In this document: piece after piece, positions 8,777 through 15,298 of the stretch
How positions within the stretch are numbered: the first letter of the stretch is position 1
Layout of the letters: every line of letters starts with the position of its first letter
From: Sulfurimonadaceae bacterium
Lineage (GTDB): Bacteria; Campylobacterota; Campylobacteria; Campylobacterales; Sulfurimonadaceae
Length of the DNA: 16,240 nucleotides
NCBI GenBank assembly: GCA_041562555.1
Contig: JBFEXS010000046.1
Location: 1-16,240 of the forward strand
Reading direction: 5' to 3'
Made by a program: the position numbers and the translations under genes
Notes under the pieces: generated by a model
Database searches by the model: none
Told to the model about the DNA's origin: nothing
Seen by the model: only the letters and a program-made list of their open reading frames with translations

Positions 8777-9124
8777 ATGAACTTTTCAACCGTAGTTGCT
8801 GTAGTCTCAGAAGAAAACGAAGATATAGCCATCGATATTGCCCAGGCAAATGGTGCTGGGGGAGTTACAATTTTAAAAGGCCGCGGATTGGGGCTGGGAG
8901 ACAAAACGACTTTTTTGGGTATTTCCTACGAACGTTCAGAGTCTGTCTTACTATTCGTACTTGAAAAACAGATCGCAGCACACGTAATTGATGCGATAAC
9001 ACAGGAGCTTGAACTCAACAAATCTGGAAATGGGCTGATCTTTTCCATGCCTATTGAACAGATATCGGGAATGCCTGAAAAACAGATTCGTAAATTTCAA
9101 GAGAATATAAAAGAGAGCCAGTAA
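8777..9124 (+). CDS. PII-like signalling protein (DUF1538-associated, non-canonical)
   Basis: GAGGVTILKGRG before the T-loop, B-loop GNGLIF, 115 aa; AAGGAG RBS at 8765-8770. Confidence 0.85.
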   Translation: MNFSTVVAVVSEENEDIAIDIAQANGAGGVTILKGRGLGLGDKTTFLGISYERSESVLLFVLEKQIAAHVIDAITQELELNKSGNGLIFSMPIEQISGMPEKQIRKFQENIKESQ

Positions 9125-9170
9125 TATCCCTGCAGTTCTTATTGTATTTTGATGATGGTTTATGAAAATT

Positions 9171-9183
9171 GGATATAATATCC
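9171..9183 (+). promoter_or_regulatory. -10 box TATAAT (9174-9179) embedded in a 6-1-6 palindrome; promoter of GAF2
   Basis: GGATAT-A-ATATCC; TATAAT lies 30 nt upstream of the ATG at 9210; AAGG RBS near 9200-9203. Confidence 0.55.
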
Positions 9184-9209
9184 CACATTCAACCCAGTAA
9201 AGGCAAGTA

Positions 9210-9710
9210 ATGGCAGCAAAAGTAGACTCGTATAAAAAAATAGCCGAATTTGGCAAACAGCTTCTTTCTGACACCTCTTTAGACAATGCGCTCTTACTTA
9301 TCGCCGATCAGGCAAAAGACCTGGTACATGCAGACCGTTGCTCCATTTTCATGTACGACAGTGAAGCGGACATGCTCTGGACGAAACTCGCAGACGGAAT
9401 AGGAAAAATCGCTATCAGTAAAACTTCCGGGATAGCAGGTGACACCTATATGAAAGGAGAGCCTCAAGTCGTCAATCACCCCTATGATGATGAGCGCTTT
9501 CTTGCAAATATCGATAAAAAAAGTGGCTATGAGACAAAGAATATGATCACCGTCCCTATCTTTGATTCACAACGTACGGTTATCGGGCTCTTTCAACTGC
9601 TTAACAAGGAAGAGGGAGATTTTGGAGCTGAAGACCTTAAGGTCCTTACCTTTTTCGCAAACTATATCTCCGGGACACTTGAGCTTTCGTTTATGATGAA
9701 AGAAGATTGA
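9210..9710 (+). CDS. Standalone GAF domain protein (PDE/CyaB-type GAF), copy 2
   Basis: ADRCSIFMYD, GIAG, VNHPYDDERF, IDKKSGYETKNMITVP, QLLNKEEGDFGAED; colinear paralog of 6756..7268. Confidence 0.9.
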   Translation: MAAKVDSYKKIAEFGKQLLSDTSLDNALLLIADQAKDLVHADRCSIFMYDSEADMLWTKLADGIGKIAISKTSGIAGDTYMKGEPQVVNHPYDDERFLANIDKKSGYETKNMITVPIFDSQRTVIGLFQLLNKEEGDFGAEDLKVLTFFANYISGTLELSFMMKED

Positions 9711-9737
9711 TTCTCTCTCCTCTTGGACAGCATCCAA

Positions 9738-11537
9738 TTATAAGAACTCTTTTTCATACCATCGGGAAAAAAGATATAAGCCCCACAAATGTTGCTTGAA
9801 CCTTCCCTGTTTTCCCCGTTCTATATACTCCTGCAAAACTTCTTCATAAAAAAGTCCCGTCTGCTCATTGACCCTTACTATCCGCTCTAATTCGCCCTCT
9901 TCAAGTAGCCATTCAAGATAGGGAGAGGAAAAACCCTTTTTCTTGCGATTTATGATATGTTCCGGCAGATAGGGTTGGGCGATCTTTTTAAGCAGATCTT
10001 TTGTCCTTCCGGCCCGGTAACGCAGTTTGGGATCCATGGAGAAGACAAGTTCTACAAGCTTATGATCCAAAAAAGGTGTACGTCCCTCGATCCCATGTGC
10101 CATAGAGACCCTGTCAAGTTTACTCAGAAAATGCTCTGCTTGAAACTGTTTGAGATCAACATAACTGTACCATTGACTTGCATCTGCGTTTCCCTTTTCC
10201 TCAAAGAGATCTCTGTATTTTTGAAGATAGCGCATAGAAAAACCGTCTTTGACATTTTGACGCATCAAACGGTTCTTTTGCATATCCGTAAACTTCTCAC
10301 CACTGGTACGAAAAAGTACTTCGCCTTCAAAAACACGCTTATACCACTCCCATTCTCTGTTCATCGAGAAGTGCGAGCGGAAATACTTCTTGAGCCAATG
10401 CTTGTGCTGAAGATCAGCCGCTTTTTCAATATCGAGGTATTCAAAATATTGCCGATAACCCAAAAAGAGCTCATCTGCCCCCTCCCCCGAAAGTACGACT
10501 TTGATTCCCTCTTCCTTGATACGCCTGAAAAGCATGTACAAAGGTATTGCAGCAGGATCATTTATGGGCTCATCCATAGCAGATATCACCGCATCCAAAT
10601 GTTCAAAGAAGTCTTCTTTGGATAATTCGACGTCAATGTTTTCTACCCCGATATGTTGAGCGACATCTGCGGCATATCGACGTTCATCATACTGCTTGTA
10701 CCCCTTATATCCCATAGAAAAGGTTTTGAGTTTTACTCCCTTTTGATGGCTCAAGGCTGCAATCAGAGAACTGTCGATCCCTCCTGAAAGCAAGGAAGCC
10801 ACCTCAACATCTCCCATCAACCGTTTCTGTATGCTTTCTTCTAGACTTTGCTGGACCTGTTCAAGTGCTTCTTCTTCAGATTCAATAGCAATCTCGGCCG
10901 GCAACAGGTCATAATAAGCCTTGATCTGCAACTTCCCATTGTCCAGCACAGCAAAATGGCCGGATTCCAGCTTTTGTATGCCTTGATAAAAAGTATGTGG
11001 AGGCGTCGGTGCTAAAAAACTCAGATAACTCTGCAGGGCATCCTTGTTCATCTGCTTTCGTTGTAAAAACGGTACGATCCCTTTTATCTCGGAGGCAAAA
11101 ACAAATTGCTTCCTTGTATGCATGTAATACAGGGGCTTCTTCCCCAGACGGTCTCGAAAAAGATACAGTCTTCCCTTATCATAGATCGCGATCGCGAACA
11201 TCCCCTCTAGATGTGTGACGAAATCGACTCCCCATTTTTGATAGGCACGCAGAACAACCTCTGTATCACTTTGCGTATCAAAGGGGATGTCCAGAGATGC
11301 CTTTATGGCCTGAAAATTATATATCTCCCCATTAAAACTAAGAATGATCTCATCTTTGACCATAGGTTGTGAAGCACGCTCACTTAGATCAACGATACTC
11401 AATCGGTTGTGGGCGATAAAAAGCCCCTTCTTCTCTACTATGCCGCAGTAATCAGGCCCACGGTGCGAGAGCAAAGCGACTGACTTACGTGCCAGATCCC
11501 CATCATACTCTCCAATCACGCCAAAAATAGCACACAT
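9738..11537 (-). CDS. asnB: Asparagine synthase (glutamine-hydrolysing) family amidotransferase
   Basis: N-terminal nucleophile Cys2 (MCAI), HRGPD, RLSIVD, NGEIYN, SDTEV, RDRLGKKPLYY, LSGGIDSS, SGEGADELFLGY, DRVSMAHGIEGRTPFLD, RKKKGF. Confidence 0.93.
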   Translation of the reverse strand: MCAIFGVIGEYDGDLARKSVALLSHRGPDYCGIVEKKGLFIAHNRLSIVDLSERASQPMVKDEIILSFNGEIYNFQAIKASLDIPFDTQSDTEVVLRAYQKWGVDFVTHLEGMFAIAIYDKGRLYLFRDRLGKKPLYYMHTRKQFVFASEIKGIVPFLQRKQMNKDALQSYLSFLAPTPPHTFYQGIQKLESGHFAVLDNGKLQIKAYYDLLPAEIAIESEEEALEQVQQSLEESIQKRLMGDVEVASLLSGGIDSSLIAALSHQKGVKLKTFSMGYKGYKQYDERRYAADVAQHIGVENIDVELSKEDFFEHLDAVISAMDEPINDPAAIPLYMLFRRIKEEGIKVVLSGEGADELFLGYRQYFEYLDIEKAADLQHKHWLKKYFRSHFSMNREWEWYKRVFEGEVLFRTSGEKFTDMQKNRLMRQNVKDGFSMRYLQKYRDLFEEKGNADASQWYSYVDLKQFQAEHFLSKLDRVSMAHGIEGRTPFLDHKLVELVFSMDPKLRYRAGRTKDLLKKIAQPYLPEHIINRKKKGFSSPYLEWLLEEGELERIVRVNEQTGLFYEEVLQEYIERGKQGRFKQHLWGLYLFSRWYEKEFL

Positions 11538-11542
11538 CTACA

Positions 11543-12118
11543 CTACACCTTTTGCAAAAAGACACTAAAATCATGGGGCAGATACCCCTCTTTAATCGAC
11601 ACCTTGGCCCCTAACTCCTCAAACAACCCTTGCAGTTCATCCGGATAAAAATGGTTATACACCAAAGAATCGTCCTTCCCCTTCAGAAGATTGAAGACAA
11701 AGCCCTTATTGCATGCTTCATAACAGTTTCGTATAAACAGATAGGTATCAAAACGTGTCAAGATGTTCATTGCCCCGGAACAGAAATAATAGTCAGCCGC
11801 AGGAAGTTCATCCCTGCAGACATCACATACTATCACCTCTTGCCCTGTTCTCTCTCTGGCGATCTCGACCATGGATGTACACAAATCCAAACCGAGATAA
11901 TGGGAGACCCCGACACCCTTGTCCTGCAGATAGAAATAAAGGTCTGCAAAACCGCATCCGGCATCAGCCAAAGAAAATGCCTCATCTTCAATAAATGAGA
12001 GTAAGACCTCGAAGCGCATTTGCTGTGAATCCTGTGAATTCCAATGCACTCCCCTCGGACTCTCACCGAATTTGCTCAGTGCTGCGGTATAAAACTTTTC
12101 GTTATCGATTCGGCTCAT
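11543..12118 (-). CDS. Class I SAM-dependent methyltransferase
   Basis: Motif I LADAGCGFADL, YLGLDL, DYYFCSGAMN, N-terminal WNSQDSQQMRF; ends 5 nt before asnB. Confidence 0.88.
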   Translation of the reverse strand: MSRIDNEKFYTAALSKFGESPRGVHWNSQDSQQMRFEVLLSFIEDEAFSLADAGCGFADLYFYLQDKGVGVSHYLGLDLCTSMVEIARERTGQEVIVCDVCRDELPAADYYFCSGAMNILTRFDTYLFIRNCYEACNKGFVFNLLKGKDDSLVYNHFYPDELQGLFEELGAKVSIKEGYLPHDFSVFLQKV

Positions 12119-12124
12119 AATGGC

Positions 12125-12133
12125 ATTATAACC
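12125..12133 (-). promoter_or_regulatory. -10 box positioned for a leaderless transcript of the methyltransferase
   Basis: Minus strand GGT-TATAAT-GCCATT-ATG: only 6 nt between the -10 and the start codon, and no SD sequence. Confidence 0.65.
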
Positions 12134-12231
12134 CTAATTTGCTTTGCATTTCGCTAATGCTAGAGATATGTAAATTTCTTCTATATAAGGCAATCAAAGA
12201 TGACTATTTGGTTTATTTTTGAGATTTTCTA

Positions 12232-12261
12232 TGATAGAATACAGGACTAATACTACGAGGT
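12232..12261 (+). promoter_or_regulatory. Extended -10 (TGaTAGAAT, 12232-12240) and GAGGT RBS (12257-12261)
   Basis: Both elements point to ATG 12267 as the true start of the coiled-coil gene. Confidence 0.6.
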
Positions 12262-12266
12262 CACTT

Positions 12267-13157
12267 ATGATAAAGGTCACTACTCCACAAAAAGATGTCG
12301 TACTCTCTTTTTTTCAGAATGACATCAAGCTTGTCAAAAAATATTTCATGATGATCTCTTTCGACTTTGACGAAAGCTTTAAATATTCCGTTTTCAAAGA
12401 GTTTATCTTTGCTGCTGCCGGAATGATGAAAGATCTCGATCATGCCATCTACAATGCCGAGCTTTTGGGTTCGTTTAAAATCATCCAGGCCCTGGACCAA
12501 TCCTACACAGAGTTTTCTGCCAAAAGCAAGCATGCCATGCAGGTGTATAACAAAGAGTTCTTGCATGCCCAGGAAGAGTATGTGGAACAACTGCATAAAT
12601 ATGATGAGCTCAAAGCCGAACTCCAGATGCTGATCTCCAAAGAGCAAAGTCTCGCAGCACAACTCAAGGCTGAGAACGAACGTGCTCAGAAACTCAAGGC
12701 TTCCGGAAAGCTAAAAGAACTTCCCAAAGAGAAGATCGATTATATAAAGTCCCTTCGTCGTGATCATGTTGACACCGTACACTTTTTGGGAGAACGTAGG
12801 AATGACCTTGATGACGTCCAACGCCTGCTCAGTAATTTTGAACATGAGCACAAAGCGATTTTCATGGATTTCTTTAAAACAGTAAAAGAGAAACTCGATT
12901 ATCAATATTCGCAATCACTGAGCTATTTCGGGTTTGAGTTCAATGAAAAACTGTTTATCGACTCTGAAAAGTCTGTGATGGTCAAGAAGTTTAAAAAAGA
13001 GGCCAATATCCACGGAGACTTGAATCTGTGCAAATATGTCGAGTACTATCTCAAGAATGTCAACCCGGACGCCTTGGCCGATAAAGACAAAAAAGAGAAA
13101 CTAAAAGCAGCTAAACAATACTGTAAAAACCAGCGTGAACGCGCCAATCTGTTTTAA
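12267..13157 (+). CDS. Hypothetical alpha-helical/coiled-coil protein (start revised from 12219; 296 aa)
   Basis: Long open frame with a heptad-rich E/K/L centre (YDELKAELQMLISKEQSLAAQLKAENERAQKL); RBS and promoter support ATG 12267; ends 2 nt before the next gene. Confidence 0.8.
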   Translation: MIKVTTPQKDVVLSFFQNDIKLVKKYFMMISFDFDESFKYSVFKEFIFAAAGMMKDLDHAIYNAELLGSFKIIQALDQSYTEFSAKSKHAMQVYNKEFLHAQEEYVEQLHKYDELKAELQMLISKEQSLAAQLKAENERAQKLKASGKLKELPKEKIDYIKSLRRDHVDTVHFLGERRNDLDDVQRLLSNFEHEHKAIFMDFFKTVKEKLDYQYSQSLSYFGFEFNEKLFIDSEKSVMVKKFKKEANIHGDLNLCKYVEYYLKNVNPDALADKDKKEKLKAAKQYCKNQRERANLF

Positions 13158-13159
13158 CG

Positions 13160-14056
13160 ATGCTCCGTGATCTCTCTCCTATCCAACTGGGCGGAAGCCT
13201 CTATATTCCTGCCACCCATAAGAATGTCCAAAAAGTATGTAACGAAGATCGGTTTCCTAGCCTCAGATCCTGCATTATTGATACGGAAGATGCAATTTCA
13301 GAGGATGAACTCGAAGAGGCCTTGATAAATATACAGGCGATGCTTAAGGAGTACACGCCATCATCCTTATCTGTTTTTATACGACCACGAAACCCCTACA
13401 TACTTCAAAGACTTCTTGAACTTGAAAAAATCGAACACATAGACGGTTTTTCCCTTCCCAAATTCTCAACGGAAGTGATGCATGAATACGCCGATATCCT
13501 TACAAGGCATGACAATGCATTTTACATCATGCCCGTGCTTGAAAGCCGTGATCTTTTTAGCCCTTCCAAACTGGAGGAGATCCGTTCGTTTTTACTCGAG
13601 TCAAACCTTCATGTCCTGACACTGCGTCTTGGAGGAGAGGATATGATGCAGTACCTCGGTCTAAAACGAAGATGTGAGGACAATATTTACCGACTTGTCG
13701 CTCCCGCGCAGGTCATCGCTACCGTCCTCAATACGTTCAAACCCTTTGGGTTCAACATTACCGCAACTGTATTCAACTGTATCGACCATCCTGATCGGTA
13801 TATGGAAAATGTTCACGAGGATCTCAGACAGGGACTTATCGGAAAAACTATTATCCATCCGGAGCAAATCGAACCGATCAATGAAGCGTATAAGGTTTCC
13901 CATACAGAATATGATATGGCCTTGAAGATGTTCGACACCCAAAGCAAAGCGATCATTGTGCACAAGGGGCAGATGGGAGAAAAGTTTGCGCATACCACAT
14001 GGGCAAAAGTCATACTCGAACGCTACCGGTATTATGGACTGAAGAGAGAAGATTAA
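13160..14056 (+). CDS. HpcH/HpaI aldolase / citrate lyase beta (CitE-like) TIM-barrel protein, C-C bond lyase subtype
   Basis: LGGSLYIPAT, IIDTEDAI, FIRPRN, GFSLPKF, MPVLES, LRLGGEDM, GLIGKTIIHPEQI. Confidence 0.88.
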   Translation: MLRDLSPIQLGGSLYIPATHKNVQKVCNEDRFPSLRSCIIDTEDAISEDELEEALINIQAMLKEYTPSSLSVFIRPRNPYILQRLLELEKIEHIDGFSLPKFSTEVMHEYADILTRHDNAFYIMPVLESRDLFSPSKLEEIRSFLLESNLHVLTLRLGGEDMMQYLGLKRRCEDNIYRLVAPAQVIATVLNTFKPFGFNITATVFNCIDHPDRYMENVHEDLRQGLIGKTIIHPEQIEPINEAYKVSHTEYDMALKMFDTQSKAIIVHKGQMGEKFAHTTWAKVILERYRYYGLKRED

Positions 14057-14114
14057 ATTATTCTTTTGACAAGAATCAAAGTGACTTTGCTCTACCATGT
14101 GAGTAGGATTAAGC

Positions 14115-14651
14115 ATGAAACTATTAACTCTTGTATTATTGATACTGCTGAACCTTTTCGCTCTTGAGACATCACGCATATCTGCCCAAGAGCACCAAAA
14201 ACTCCTTGACTCTATAAGCAAACATGCTATTCGCCTTGGGGACGGACCTGATAAAGTCTTTGTCTTTATTGATCCGCTCTGTCCGAAATCACAGATGTAT
14301 ATCTCCTCCATCTCCAAGGATAAAGAAGCCCATCATGAAAAGAGCTTCTATATATTTTTGTATGAGCTTAAGCGATTCAACTCAGAAGAACTCATCTTTT
14401 ATATCTACCAGTCAGAAGATCCATACAAGGCACTCATTGAGATAATGGTTCAAAAAAAGGAACCGGACCTTTTTGATCTTAAGTTTTCCCAAGAGACAGA
14501 CCGTAAGATAGAGATGATCTCCAAAGCGGCGAAGACCCTGCATATCAAAAGACGTCCCTATTTGCTTCTGTTTGAACATAATTCGCCCTACTGTATTGTC
14601 TCTGACGGGACTGCACCCTGCTTGGCAGAGTACGATGTTGATGAGAAATAG
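14115..14651 (+). CDS. Exported thioredoxin-fold protein (DsbC/DsbG-like) with a CxxS site
   Basis: Signal peptide; AIRLGDGPDKVFVFIDPLCPKS resembles the DsbC/G G-x-G...F-x-D-P-x-C-P-x-C region; AGGA RBS at 14105-14108. Confidence 0.65.
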   Translation: MKLLTLVLLILLNLFALETSRISAQEHQKLLDSISKHAIRLGDGPDKVFVFIDPLCPKSQMYISSISKDKEAHHEKSFYIFLYELKRFNSEELIFYIYQSEDPYKALIEIMVQKKEPDLFDLKFSQETDRKIEMISKAAKTLHIKRRPYLLLFEHNSPYCIVSDGTAPCLAEYDVDEK

Positions 14652-14695
14652 ACACGTGATCTCTTCACCGTAAATACGTTCTCATAATATTACGC

Positions 14696-14701
14696 TATAA
14701 T
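14696..14701 (+). promoter_or_regulatory. -10 box TATAAT for the amrA-amrS pair
   Basis: cgcTATAAT, 18 nt before ATG 14720 and 30 nt before ATG 14732. Confidence 0.55.
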
Positions 14702-14731
14702 GGAAAAAATCCTATCAAGATGGTGTTTTAT

Positions 14732-15295
14732 ATGTCAGAATCACTGCTTTTAAAACTGGCTCGAGAATCGATTACTGAAGTCTTTGAAGCACAGAATATC
14801 ATCGATAAACAGGCACTTATACAGGAATACCCCGTCTTGACTGAGCCTATTGCTTCTTTTGTCACCATATATCTTGATAATGAACTCCGGGGTTCGGCAG
14901 GCTCAATCCTGCCATCGAGGCCTTTGATCGAGGATATCATCCATAATGCCAAAAAAGCCGCCTTTGAGGATAAACGCTTTTCTCCCCTGAAAACCTCTGA
15001 ATACCTGCAATCTCAAATCGAGCTCTCACTCTTGACACCTCCGAATGAGATTTCCTATCAGACTATTGATGAACTGAAAGGGCAGATATCTGTCGGTCAG
15101 GATGGGGTTATCCTTTCTTTGGATGACAAACAAGCTGCTTTCCTGCCGCAAATCTGGACTCAGCTTGACAGTTTTGACATCTTTTTCAAACATCTTTTAC
15201 ATGAAGCAGGTCTGCAACCCGACGGCCTCAGTCTTCATCCTCAGATCTATACCTTTCAAGTTGAAAAACAGATAGATGAGCCCATACTGAGTTAA
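14732..15295 (+). CDS. amrA: AmmeMemoRadiSam system protein A (AMMECR1 domain), divergent; alternative start at 14720
   Basis: LLKLARESI, ASFVTI, LRGSAG (family consensus LRGCIG), AAFEDKRFSPL, IELSLLTPP, DGVIL, FLPQIW, EAG; GGTG before ATG 14732. Confidence 0.88.
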   Translation: MSESLLLKLARESITEVFEAQNIIDKQALIQEYPVLTEPIASFVTIYLDNELRGSAGSILPSRPLIEDIIHNAKKAAFEDKRFSPLKTSEYLQSQIELSLLTPPNEISYQTIDELKGQISVGQDGVILSLDDKQAAFLPQIWTQLDSFDIFFKHLLHEAGLQPDGLSLHPQIYTFQVEKQIDEPILS

Positions 15296-15298
15296 GAT

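Noticed and set aside
9723..9737. TTGGA-cagca-TCCAA hairpin between convergent GAF2 and asnB
   Set aside because: A 5-bp stem without a U-tract is too weak to call a terminator.
9957..10625. 222-aa plus-strand ORF
   Set aside because: Antisense shadow of asnB with no recognisable motifs.
12219..12266. TTG start at 12219 given by the ORF track
   Set aside because: It has no RBS, and the extension contains an extended -10 and a GAGGT RBS that point to ATG 12267.
14066..14071. Perfect TTGACA -35 box
   Set aside because: No -10 at 16-18 nt spacing (TACCAT is 21 nt away), and promoters in this lineage usually lack a -35.
13661..14317. 218-aa minus-strand ORF
   Set aside because: Antisense to two well-supported genes, with no protein-family features.
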